Assembly (NCBI GenBank): GCA_002189035.1
Contig: CM007992.1
Location: 1,674,001 to 1,738,000, forward strand
DNA from: Utricularia gibba
Lineage: Eukaryota > Plantae > Magnoliophyta
DNA: 64,000 bases
Direction of reading: 5' to 3'
Shown here: positions 28,407-40,941 of the stretch, one piece after another
Position numbering within the stretch: position 1 is the first letter of the stretch
How the letters are laid out: each line of letters opens with the position of its first letter
The notes under the pieces: generated by a model
The model's database searches: none
What the model was told of the DNA's origin: nothing
The model's input: the letters and a program-made list of their open reading frames with translations, nothing else
Program-made: the position numbers and the translations under genes

Positions 28407-31400
28407 ATGGGCATCTTCTCAGTGTCAAGCTCGCTTCAAGTGCACCTGCTGATATGTCTCTTGGTTGCTTATTCAACCACAGCCTCCATGGATTTGAGCA
28501 CCGATGCAATGGCTCTCTTAACCTTCAGAACGCAGCTATTTGGGGAGCCTTCTTCACTCAACTGGTCTGATACTACTCTTGTTTGTAATTGGACAGGGGT
28601 CACATGCGGTTCTCGTCATCTCAGAGTGGTTGGCTTGAATCTTTCTGGTATGGGATTACAGGGGAGTTTACCTCAGGCAATTGGAAATCTCTCGTTTCTC
28701 ATCTCTTTGGATATGTCGAGAAACCATTTTAACGGCAGCATGCCACACGAATGGTCTGGATTGCGAAGACTCAAAATCATGGACTTGAGCGAGAATGATC
28801 TGAGTGAAGCAATTCCTCCGTGGATCGGACTCTTGAACCAGCTCCGGCTACTGCGTCTTCACAGCAACTCACTCGATGGCTTCTTGCCATATTCCATAGG
28901 CAATGCATCAAGGCTTGAGGTGCTGGTCCTGTACAATAACCAGATAGGGGGTACACTACCAACATCACTTTTTAACTTATCCAGCTTGCAGCTCCTGAGC
29001 ATTGGGTCCAACAGATTTGAAGGCACTCTCCCATCTCATCTCTGTTCCGGAATTCCGAGCATCATGTTCTTGATGCTTCAGATGAACCAGATAGAAGGAG
29101 AGATACCTTCCAATATCTCCGCTTGTACACAACTAGAAAGGTTCAGCTTGTATAGAAACAAGTTGGGTGGTACCATTCCTTCAGACATGAGCTCTCCTCT
29201 CACACCACTATGGGAAATCCATCTAGCTTACAACAATGTAGTTGGTGAGCTCCCCAGAACTTTAGGGGAATGGAAGGCACTTGAAATTTTTTCTATAGAA
29301 GAAAACAATATTACAGGAACCATTCCATCCGGACTCTCCAACTTGACCAATTTACAGAGGATGGAGTTCAGAAGCAATAGAATCTCAGGCATGTATCAAA
29401 TGCTTTTACGTTCGAAAATGCTTGTCTCTTTGTTCACTCTTTTGTACTCATCTCCAGGCACAATTCCGAATGAGTTTGGAACACTTAGTAACTTGGAGGC
29501 CTTTGGAGCGAACAACAATAACTTACGGGGAGAAATTCCAAGTGGGTTTTTCAATGTTTCAACTCTTCAAGTGCTTACCATTGCTAACAACAGAATTACT
29601 GGACAACTTCCTGTTGATTTCTGCTTTCGGCTTCCTAATTTGGTGGGACTATACTTGGCTGTGAATGAACTCTCTGGGGAACTTCCACGATCCATTTCCA
29701 ACTGTTCAAGTCTTCAGGTCGTAGATTTTTCATCAAACCACTTCACAGGGATTATTCCGAGTACCATCGTAGAGATGAGATTCCTAAGGATAGTAAACTT
29801 AGAATTCAACAACTTTAGCAGTGAATCATCGGGAATGAGTTTTCTTAGTGCAATGACGAACTGCAGACAACTAAGTGTATTGGGGTTATCAGGTAATCCT
29901 TTTATAGCATCACTGCCAAATACTGTTGGTAATTTGTCAACTTCACTTGAGTACTTTCGTTGCATCGATTGTGGCCTCCATGGAGTCATTCCTGTAGGAT
30001 TTGGAAATCTTACCGGCTTGCTCTTATTGTCTCTGCCACGAAACAATCTGATGGGATCTATTCCAACCACGTTTGATAAACTTCAAAAGCTTCAAGGTTT
30101 GCATTTATACAGAAACAACATCAGTGGATTCATACCGAGTGCTCTATGTAACTTGCACAGTGCGAGCTCCATAGGTCTTTATGGAAACCAGATTGGTGGG
30201 AGTATTCCTACATGCATCGGAAATCTAAGCTCTGTAAGAGAACTCTGGATTTCTGAAAATAACTTAGAATCCACCATACCATTGAGTTTGTGGCAACTTA
30301 ATAATCTTCTTGAGCTAAACTTGTCTAGAAATCACTTGAGTGGTTCCATTGCTTCTGATATTGGAAATCTGAATGCTGCACATCTTCTTGATCTTTCGGT
30401 AAATAATTTTTCTGGTGTTATTCCAACTTCCATTGGATACATGAGTAGATTGACAGATTTGTCATTCGCATATAATGAATTCCAAGGCATGATTCCAGAG
30501 ACTATTGGCATGATAATGAGTTTGGAAAGATTGAATCTGTCTCACAACAATCTTTCCGGGGGGTTCCAAAAGCTTTACAGCAAATTTCAAGTCTTGCGGT
30601 GCTTGATGTTTCTTACAACAGGTTAAGAGGTGAGATTCCTACAGAAGGGGCCTTTCGTAACTTCTCTTATCAGTTCTTTGAATCAAATGAAGAGCTTTGT
30701 GGTGAACCTCGATTCCATGTCCGTCCATGCCAGGTCTTGAGGAATGGATCACAAAGGAAAAAAGTGATTCTTTCCCTCATGGCTGTTTTGCCAATACTCA
30801 TTGTTTTTTCAATAGCTCTGCTGGTGGGATGGACCTTGAATAACAGGCGACATGCGTTACACGACGAAGAAAACCAACCATCAAGTGTACTCCCACTTAG
30901 AATATCATATCATGCTATTCTCCGAGCAACTGAGAACTTGAGCCAAAGTTACTTACTTGGCAATGGAGGATTTGGGTCTGTTTACAAAGGAGTTCTGTTG
31001 GATGGGCAAGTCGTGGCAATCAAGGTGTTCAATCTACAGAACGAGAAGGCCTTGAAAAGCTTCGATGTAGAATGCAACATACTCCGAAGCCTGCGTCACA
31101 GAAACCTATGCAAAGTCATCAGTGCATGCTCCAATCCTGATATCAAAGCACTGGTCATGGAGTTCCTTCCTAATGGGAGCCTCGAGAGGTGGCTCCATGG
31201 CGAACACCACTTCTTAGACATCTTCCAAAGATTCTCCATCATGATAGATATTGCTTGCGCTCTCGAGTATCTCCATCAAGATTATGACGTTCCCATTGTG
31301 CATTGTGATTTGAAGCCAAGCAATATACTTTTGGACGAAGCTATGACTGCCTACTTAAGTGACTTTGGGATCGCCAAGTTTCTACAAGACATGGACAGCC

Positions 31401-31913
31401 CTGTGCAAACTACTACCTTCGCAACCATAGGATACATTGCTCCAGGTAAATTTTACTTCCCATGTTATACTTTTCCAACGTGAAAAGACTTACCAGCGCT
31501 TCTTTCCAGAGTATGGCTCTGAAGGTTTGGTGTCGACAAGATGCGATGTGTTCAGTTTTGGTATAGTTTTAATGGAAGTGTTCTCTGGGAGGAGGCCTAG
31601 CGATGAAGTGTTTGTGGGAGAATTAACTCTCAGGAACCTGGTAGAGAAGTCCATGTCCACTGGCATCACACAAGTAGCAGACCCAAGACTGGTGAATCTC
31701 GATGATACAACAGATTTCTCTGTGACATTGAATTGTTTGTCTTTGGCGATGGAGTTGGCCTTGAAATGTTCAATGGAAAGTCCAGTAGAGAGACCCACAA
31801 TGAAAGATGTTGTGGCTACTCTGAAAAGTATTGCACGTATGCTTCCAAATAATTCTACAGAGAAGATAAGAGATGCATTGCCTGCAACGCAATTCCCCGG
31901 TTACCGGGTCTAA
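28407..31913 (+). CDS. LRR receptor-like kinase, subfamily XII (FLS2/EFR/XA21-like, non-RD); one -1 frameshift at 30558-30563 as written
   Basis: Signal peptide, LRRNT (NWS...CNWTGVTC), >20 plant-specific LRRs (LxxLxLxxNxLxGxIP), LRRCT (FESNEELCG...C), TM (VILSLMAVLPILIVFSIALLVGWTL), kinase (LGNGGFGSVYKG, VAIKVF, HCDLKPSNILL, DFGIA, GYIAP|EYG, DVFSFG). Introns 29389-29457 (GC-AG) and 31446-31510 (GT-AG). Confidence 0.95.
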
Positions 31914-32135
31914 AAGAAAACTGCAAGTTTCTCCCAGAGTAAATGCTGTACAAAATTTGTCAAGTTTCCGGAATCTGATCAAATGGTATCCAGTCATGTA
32001 TGATTGCAATCTATGAACGCCATCTCGTTCTGCGGAGAGCGATCTCCTGCATATTACAGACACGTCGTCATTAATCCGTGGGAGCCCGGCGACCCATCAA
32101 ATGGCGTGGTCGTGGCAAAGCCGCATGCATGTAGG

Positions 32136-34551
32136 CTAGGATCTTAATCTGTATGCATCCTTGAGTGTGGACTTCATGTATTTCAGAGCGGATCTCAGCA
32201 CTGCCTTTGCTTTCCTGTCAGGAGCAATGCCAGATACCAGCATTTCTTGAAAAACAGCAGGAACCTGCAAACCAGCAACAAAAAAGGCTAGTTATTTGGT
32301 TCCCCGGATACAGCAACAGCAGAATAAAGTGGCTACGGACCTTATCAAACTTCTCCACACGAATCAACGCTTTCATGAGTGTGGTGTAAGTTACAACATC
32401 AGGTTTCAAGTCCTGCAGTAACAGAACGCAGCAAGGGGATGAATCAGACGTAAATTGACGAATCCCCAAGATCTCAACCTCACCCTCTTCCTATTACCAT
32501 CCTGCTCTGTCTATATTGTACTCAAAAGATGATGCATTCGGTTGGAGTCACTTACATTCTCCTTCATGTACTGCAAAACTGCAAATGCTTCGGTGTCTCT
32601 TCGATCCTCACTGAATGCATTAAGCAAGGTGTTGAGAGCTAACAAGCTTGGCTTTAGGCCTTCACCTCTCATGACCTTGAAAGCAATTACAGCATTCTCA
32701 GATAAACCCTGCAGAGAAATACACAGAACAATGGATTCAACATATTGTCCCTCCATGTAACGAAAAAAAAAAAAGTGTAACAATCTGTCCGATATATAGA
32801 GTGCAAACCCTTCGAGCATAGGCATTGATGAGAGCATTATACATTGTGGCAGAAGGTCTCAGCCCGGCTAACTTCACTGCCTCCATGCACTCTATTGCTT
32901 CATCAAATCTCCCAGATTGTCCGTATACGTCTACTAGGGTGGTGTAGGTGAAAACATTGGGAACCAGTCCTTGGCTTAGCATCTTTCCCAAAAGCTTCTT
33001 CACATCATCCCATCTCTCTTGGGCACCAAATGAATTTATCATGATGTTGTACGTTGTGGCACACGGTATGCAGCCATTCTGTTGCATCTCCTCGAACAAT
33101 TCCTCCGCCTTTTTGTGATGCCCTTGCTTGCAGTGACAATCTATAAGCGTGTTCCATGTCACGTTATCGGGTTCAAACCCATCTGCCTTCATCCTCTCAA
33201 ATGTGTCCATCATATGTTCAATACAGTTGCATTTCCCAAACATGTCGATCATTATATTGTAGAACTGAGCATCCGGGCTCACACCAAATTCTTTCATTTC
33301 ATTCAAGACATGGAATGATTTCTGCCATTCTCCTTTATCTCTGTAATTTGTCAATATTCTGCTGAAAACGAATGAAGTAGGCTTCACACCAGATGACTGG
33401 ATTTCTTTCAGAATAATCCTTGCACAATCCCATCTCCCAGCGTTTCCATATGCATCAATGAGCAAACTATGCGTATGCTCATCTGGTAAAATACCACTGT
33501 TTTTCATTTCTGAAACAATGTACTCTGCACTTTTCAAAGCTCCCACCTTTGCATATCCTTTCAAAAGAGCATTATATGCTCTAGTGCGAGGTTTCATTCC
33601 ACCATCCTTAAACTCCTCGAAAACCGCCTCTGCTTCTTCGATTCTTCCCAAGTTCCCCAACTCGTTCACTACTGAAACAATAGTGCTTGTCTTTGCACTC
33701 AAACCACTTCCCTGCATAAGCCCTAAGAAGTAAAGTGCTCTATCTATATCTCCAGCTTTGGAAAAACCCAAAATCAAATCGTTCAACAATTGCACGTCTA
33801 ACTCTATAAAATCATCCTCCATTTGGTTGTACAGCTTCTCCAGCATGGCTGCATCGACACAGTGACTCTTGATCAAAGATTGAATAATCAGACTATAATT
33901 AGCAAAATCATTCTGATGCCCATCCAGCCGCATTCTTTCCATCAAATTCAACGCTTTTTCAAGATCTCCATTCCTCGCACACGCCCCAATAAGAGCGTTG
34001 TAGGTCAAGGGAGTCAAGCTCTGACGCTGAGATAAAAGAAAAGCCTCGTAAAGCTTCTCATCCCGTCCCAAAGCATGGACTAGAATGGAGTAAAGAAGTT
34101 CGTAAGAGAAACAGATTTTGTGTCTTTGAAGCCATGTGACTAGAGAATAAGCAGTAGAAAGAGAGGAAGACGACAGACAGAGATTTTTCAGGAGGGAATG
34201 CCAATGAGTGGCAGGAACAGCGCTGTACAATTCTGCAAGGCGGAGCTCCACCGGGTCAGTATACGACGATGGGTCGGATTCTGAGGTAGCTCGATATTGA
34301 TTTGAGAGGAAATCGAGAAGTGGAGTGAAGTCGAAACGAGCGTTGGGCAGCACCCCGACGCATTCGAGCGGGTCAAGGCCATCTTCCGCTGAAGTGGAAT
34401 CAACTTCTTGGGGGATAGCCGGCAAGACTAAGCGATAATGGAGATGATAACTGCGGCTGCGATAGCGGAGAAAGGTGCCCGGCAACGGCGGCCGGAGAGG
34501 AGGGTGCCGAATATGAAACAGCGGCTGAGGGAGCAACAACGTGTTCATCAT
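32136..34551 (-). CDS. CRP1: P-class pentatricopeptide repeat protein, CRP1/At5g42310-like, probably chloroplast-targeted; 4 exons, intact
   Basis: Exons 32809-34551, 32556-32708, 32341-32412, 32136-32264, in frame. Diagnostic strings [62 protein letters not shown]-like [60 protein letters not shown] match the remembered At5g42310/maize CRP1 family. Confidence 0.93.
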
Positions 34552-34797
34552 CCAGCCTCTCTCCCAATGGAAATCGCTCTATGTTATTTATTTATAAAAT
34601 ATATGTAACTATAACATAGCTATACGTAAATAAATTTTTAAAATATTATAATAAACGTATTTAAAATATATAAAAAATTAAAACATAATTGATTAATAAA
34701 AATAATGTGAAATAAAAATTTTGAAGTGTATGATTAAATGGATTGTGCAATTGTTTTATAAATCGTACATACATTAAATAATATTTTTATCACATTG

Positions 34798-37202
34798 TAA
34801 TAATTAATTTTGTATCGTTCCAAAACATGTTCTTTTATTACTCTTAAGTATTGTTTTTACTTATTTTAGACTCTAATTTCTCATTATTTTCAATTAATTT
34901 TGTATTTTTCACACTACTTTGATTTTTTTGAAGATAAATTATATTTTGTAGATTTTTGGAGTACTTTTGGATCAATTTGATGAGAAATCAAGACCCACCA
35001 AATTATGGACTTGATGGGTCACGAATCTCAGCCCAAGATTCGGTCAAACGATGAAGATTTGGTCCAAAATTAATGGATAAGATAGAGATATGAAGAAGAT
35101 TTTTAAAGATTTGAATATAAGATATTATTCAACCCCATCAAATAAGTTCAATACGAAAACTTAGATCTAATGTCTTACAAATAGTCCACCCTCTCAACCA
35201 TTAGAGATGTCTTTGACTACTTTTCTTTTGTATCTTTCCTATTTTCATGTCTATTTTCATGTTAAAGTCGAGTTTGTGCGCATAGGTGTTTGCAGCTAAG
35301 GATCTGCGGTGAAGCCTTGCTTGCACAAGTTCTGCGCGTGTGACTGTCTTACTATGTTTTTTAGCATTTAATTTGAGGTTTGATTCTGTTTTTCACAACG
35401 TTTTCTTTACCAACGTGATCTTTAAAAACAGAATCAAACCTCAAATTAAATGTTGAAAAACATAATAAAACAATCATACGCGCAGGACTTGCACAAGCAA
35501 GACTTCACTGCAGATCCTCAGCCGCAAGTGCCTACATGCGCATACTCGACTATAACATGAAAATAGACATGAAAATAGAAAAAATACAAAGGAAAAGTGG
35601 TCAAAGAATGTTTCTAATGGTTGAGAGAATGAGGTATCTATAGAAGAGTAGATGATAAACGAAAAATTCACACGTCGTAAATGTAAACTTTCCTATCAAA
35701 TAAATTTATAACCTAATACACATTCAAGCATAAAACAATTATGAGCATAGTGGATTAGGGTCGAACACAAGGAGCTAGGTGTTTGCTATGTGAAGGTCAA
35801 TGCAAGGAATCAATGTCTTGTTGGTAAAATTGGTCTTAGCTAGAACTAAGGCAGAACTAAAACGAAATACAGTAAAGAAAAGTAATAAGTTCTAGAGTTC
35901 GGTTGTTTCTGGAATGGAATGGGTGATGCCTTGGGACTCGTACGGGATGTATGCTCATCACTAAACAAACTCACACAAATCACAAATCATACAACTAATT
36001 CACAAGATCTAGGTCTACCCGGATTCTTGTTTTTCCCCCTAATCTTTGGTCTACCTCTAATTAGGGTTGTTAAGTTGGGTTTCACTACTTCCCCCTCCTG
36101 GATTTATCCTGGTTTGTTAAGGAAGTGGCGTGACTCATGACTGTTTAGATCTAAAGGTTGATTAATATGTTTCTCCCCTTTTTACCCCAAGGCACCCCCT
36201 AAGTACTTAGCCACTCATGCTTAAGGCAAACGAAAGTGAAAAAGAAAACATCACCCACAGTGTGCTCATTTCACAGTCAAATACTAGAAAACAAACAAGT
36301 AAGTAATATGAAGTGTCAACAAAAACTAAAAAACGTCACTAGCTACTCTTAGCTAGGGGTAATATTCTTCGAAGACAGAAAATAATCTTGAACTTCAGTT
36401 TCATTCCTGTTTGTCTTCTTTCTTCTTCCTCCCCAGAAAACCTTCTCCCCAGAAAATGTGTTCGTGAGTCTCCAAGGGTAGATCTGATTTCTCTCTCCAA
36501 CTTTCCTTATTTTTTTCCAAAATCTCCCTTTTTACTCCTTGGATTTTGTGTGCACCAATTTTCAGACTTTTGGACTCATCTTCTGCCACTACATTGTGCA
36601 TGTTCGGCTCCTTTGGATTTGTGTTGTGACCTACACTGCATTGCTTGAATTAAACTATTAGAAGGTTGGGGCTAAATCACAGATTTAGTCCCAATTAAGA
36701 CTAAAATCACACAATTACGGTACTTATGCACAAAAATATAAAATTAGGTAGTAAAACTAAATTTTTGTAACACAATATGAATTTTTTCATGTATTTAATC
36801 ACTCAAAAATATGTGTTATCAGTAGATCTAAGTCTTTGTATTGGGGTTGTGTTGATGTATTTAGATAATATCTTCTATTCAAATATTTTATCCAAATCTT
36901 CGAAAATCATCTTCATATTTCTATGTTATCCATGAATCTTGGACTAAATCTTTTGATCGAGTCTTAGGCTAAGATTCAAGGCCCATCAAGTCCATAATTT
37001 GGTGGGTCTTGATTTCTCTTTAAATCGATTTAAAAGTGTTCTAAAAATCCACAAAATATACTTTTTCTCCAAAAAAATCAAAGTAGTTTGAAAAATGTAA
37101 AATTAATTGAGAATAATAAGAAAATATAGTCTAAAATAAATAAAAACAACACTCAAGAGTAATAGAAGAACATGTTTTGAAACGATACAAAATCAATTAT
37201 CA
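34798..37202. repeat. Inverted repeat built from two LTR 5' halves (arms 34798-~35424 on +; 35425-35652 plus 36822-37202 on -)
   Basis: ttttgtatcgttccaaaacatg (34808) vs catgttttgaaacgatacaaaa (37171); caagacccaccaaattatggacttgatggg vs cccatcaagtccataatttggtgggtcttg; aatttgaggtttgattctgtttt vs aaaacagaatcaaacctcaaatt around a ~35-nt loop at ~35390-35424. Same LTR type as 62967-64000. Confidence 0.9.
35653..36821 (-). mobile_element. Solo LTR (family B, 1169 bp) with 5-bp TSD
   Basis: Termini TGATAA...TTATCA; TSD GTAGA at 35648-35652 and 36822-36826; interrupts the minus arm of the inverted repeat. Confidence 0.93.
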
Positions 37203-37827
37203 ATTGTATAAAACTTATGATAAAATTAATTAAATGTGATTAATTTATTAAATCGCGAAAACTAATTATTTCAAGCATTCAAATACGAGAAATCAACCAA
37301 TTAAAGATCAAATATAGTAATATGCCGTATTTTGAGATTAATTATATCTGATATGCAAGATGTTGAGAATCAATTTTATTTTCTAATATCAAATATTTTA
37401 TCTAAATATTTTAAAATAAGATGTAAATCTTATCTAATCTGAAATTTATAGATTGAATTTTCATCCAAATAGCTATATATTTTATTCCATCAAGATTATA
37501 TATTTTTTTTAAATTACAAGCATATTTTCTTTATAAAAACGATAATTTAATATAAAAGATATAAAAATAATTTAAAATATAAGAAAATCTAGATAAAACA
37601 AATGTAAAGCGATTTAAAAATATTACAAATATAAGTGATAAAAAAATTAATTATGTCTGATATGAAAAAAAATATTGAGGATTAATTCTACCAGTGGAAA
37701 TGAAATGTGTAATTTATATTAAAAAATAGATTATTTTATTAAAATATTAAATAATAGAATATTTTAACGTATTTTTCAAAGATTTAGATAACGCTAAAAT
37801 CTGTCTTTTAAGGGTAGGGTGGATAAA

Positions 37828-37848
37828 TGGGCCTGAGGGTGAAGCCCA
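37828..37848 (+). promoter_or_regulatory. Site II pair upstream of the uncharacterised CaaX gene
   Basis: TGGGCC 37828-37833 and AGCCCA 37843-37848 immediately before a CT-rich 5'UTR (~37900-38010). Confidence 0.55.
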
Positions 37849-38679
37849 TCTAGAGAAAATAGCGAGTGACCACGTGTCGAATAGACCCTGTCAAATGTCC
37901 CTCTCATTCCCTCTCATCTTTATTTTTCACATTTCTTTTTCTTTAATTCACATCACTTTCTCGCTTCCTGGTTCTACTCCTTCCAAGACGCTCAGAAGGC
38001 CTAGGAATCTGCGTAAAGTAAAAAATCTATTTACTTTCGGTTTATCTTCCAGCTCCCACTTTTTACTGGCAAACACTCCTGCTTATCGCAGAGATTTGGA
38101 TCTCGTTTTCTTCTGCACAAATGTGGATTTAGTTTTCTATCCGGAGTGGTTTTGGAAGAGATTGCTGGTGGATCTGTATGTCTGTGCTTCTTTTTTTATA
38201 TTCGTTATCTGCTTTAATTTTGGGTGTCCAAATTGGCTGTTTTTCGGCCGATTCGCGTTCGAATTGCGAGATCTAATGTTGTTGTGCTGTTTGCAATTTT
38301 GAAAGTTTGAAGATTTTAATGATATAGAGGTCCGTGTTGAAGTCGGTCTTCTGGGGCTCGTGAATTCTTGATACCGTTTCCGGGCGAGAAAGAAAACTAT
38401 CCTATGCCATTCCTGTTTGTTTGCTTCTTTTTCACACTTTTTATTGGATTGAACCGTGCGTGGATCTTCTTAGTACGGTGACGTAGCTCATAGTTGAGAA
38501 TTATTTTTTTTATGCAGTGTTGGGTATGCATCAGATCCCTGGTTTGTGTTGCTGATCAAAATTGCAGTCTCCTAAAATGGCATTTTGTTTTTTTCTTTCC
38601 CCTTATATGAAGCTTTTCTTGAACTTCTTATGGTAGGTGGACTAAACTACTTGTGCGTTGCTCAAATGAGAAGGGGCTA

Positions 38680-39518
38680 ATGCTACTGGCAGGAGAAGGA
38701 GGAAACTTTTTCTATTCTTCAGCTGCTGGATACAGTAAGGCCCTGACTCTACTTATATTGGGCCAAAGAAAAACAAAGAAACCAATGAAGATAACACCCT
38801 GTAATCAGTACCAGTTGGTTGACCAGGAAACTGATCCTGAACTGCTGGCTTCGAGTAAGAACTGGCTGATTTGGCGGTGTAACTCATTTTTGTGCTTTGA
38901 CTGCGCCGCCAACCGTAGAGATGGGTCATCTCCAGTAAAAGTTGGACTCACAACTGATAAAGAAGTCTCAGCCGCATATCTGAAATTTGATGACGGTAAA
39001 GATCTAGTTCGTCTAGTTGAACCAGTTAGTGGCGGTGATGAGCCGGTTTACCCCCCTGAGGATGCTGTGAGCCACATGAAGATGAATTTTCCAAAGGGTG
39101 TCCTGAAAAAATCTGTAAATGATGATCCAGTTGCGAACAATGCTGTAGATCATTCCGCCGAAAATGCCAAGAACGATGAAGCATCATCTGAAACAGATAG
39201 TGATTCGCCATTTCAAATCGACAAGAGGAAAGTACAGTGGACTGATATAACTGGTGGAGAGCTTTTCGAGATTCGAGAATTTGAGATGAGGTACATCTTT
39301 CAGTTGAAACAAACTCAAAGTAAAGCGCATCAATCTGCTATTGGATTACCCATGTTCATTTATATACTTTTGGCTTCTGCATTCTTGAACATTGATTGAT
39401 GCCTGGTCTTCCTCTTTTCACTCAAGAATTCATGTGTTCTTGCAGTGAAGGTGAATCAGGAGATGAACTCGACCACTTCACTGGAGATACATGTTCAGGG
39501 AGGTGCAGCATAATGTAA
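38680..39518 (+). CDS. Conserved uncharacterised plant protein, 227 aa, 2 coding exons, ends in CaaX (CSIM)
   Basis: Exon 38680-39290 (MLLAGEGGNFFYSSAAGYSKALTLLILGQRK...YQLVDQE...CNSFLCF...KVG...KRKVQWTD...ELFEIREFE), donor AG|GTACAT, acceptor TTGCAG| 39445, exon 39446-39518 (SEGESGDELDHFTGDTCSGRCSIM*); 684 nt total. I recognise the N-terminal and KVQWTD...EIREFE blocks as a recurring unannotated angiosperm family. Confidence 0.85.
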
Positions 39519-40941
39519 ACTAAGATGCGATCAATTCCTATACCAGTTCCACATAGAGGAGTTGATGATGATTTCTGGCAGCCAAAAGAGGCATTCAAAG
39601 GTACTCCTCCCAAAGCACCTCCAGCTCGGAATGAGTATAAGCCGCATCAATTTATGGCTGCAACCTTTGGTTGTCTGTATTAGTTTCAGTGAAGTAGCTG
39701 TGTCTTCCCTTGTTGATTGGTCTATAGTCCTTGATTCCGACTCTCGGCATCTGATATGTCATCATGCTTGGATAATTCTCCTACCCATTTCTTCTATTGG
39801 ATTTGGTAAGGGCACCCTGTTGGCCCCTTACCCCCGAAGTCACAACACTTTTTACATGTCACCACCACCAATAAGGTAGAAAGTAAGGAACCAATTGGAG
39901 CTCCTATTTCCCACACTGTGTGGATCATCCAAGACAGGTTTCACTAGTCAAACAAGTGTTTGTGGAAATAAGTGCGGCAACGCCAGTGTGTTCGACCCCT
40001 CTCTCTCTCCACCGCTAAAAAAATTTTGACAAAAAAAAAAAAAAAAGTGTCGGGATTCTGATTCCTTAGGCGGCTGCCGCACATCAGTAACTTTTCCTGC
40101 ACACCCACCACCCTCTCCTCTCCCTTATTTGCATGCACGTACCGCTTTTGCCTCCTCCCATTTCCGCAGACCCACCACGCCCCCAATTCCCTTGCCTGCC
40201 GACCGACTATTTCCATGCCCACTCCTCTACATTCAACAAATTTCCGTCCAGTGTTATGAGGGTAGCCCGGTTTTTGTGATCCTCAATGTCGGTTTTTCTT
40301 CACGGAAGGAACTCTTCATTCATTGATTCTGCTCGAGTCGCGTCGTGTTTGGTTGTGCTACTGCCCACCGCTAGCCATCACTGCCTGCTGCGCCGTAGAA
40401 TCAGTTACCAGACAGCGCACGAGTGCGTAGTCGTAGTCTGCTTTGTTACCCATACGGACCAAATCCCCTTATATTTAGTTCCAAACTTACGACAAATCAA
40501 TTATATCGACGTATATGCTAATTCTTTAAATCATGATATTATGTAATTTTGGAATATTATTAGTAGCATAGCATAAGAATCATTTCATGGTACCAGTGAA
40601 CCTATTTTTATGGTATAAAATTCACATTATTAGACGTGATCTTGAATCAATTTTAAAATCAGGAGTATCCATTCTGGTAGGCTAAATTTAGTGACGTTGA
40701 TTGGGAGTTTGCCATATACTCTTCCTGGTAGTGCTCAGTTTCCATGGAGTCAAATCTGGAAAGTCCCTAATGCCCGGGATTCATGATCTGGATGCGCAAT
40801 TCTGGAATTCCATTCATCCTTCCCCTTGATTCCAAAATGATTCCTATTTAAGCGATGCGATTAATGTGAGGAAAAATGAGTTGGGGTATTTCGCCCCATT
40901 CGTCGTTTTTCTTTTCTTCTTCTATTCACCGTACCAGCAAA

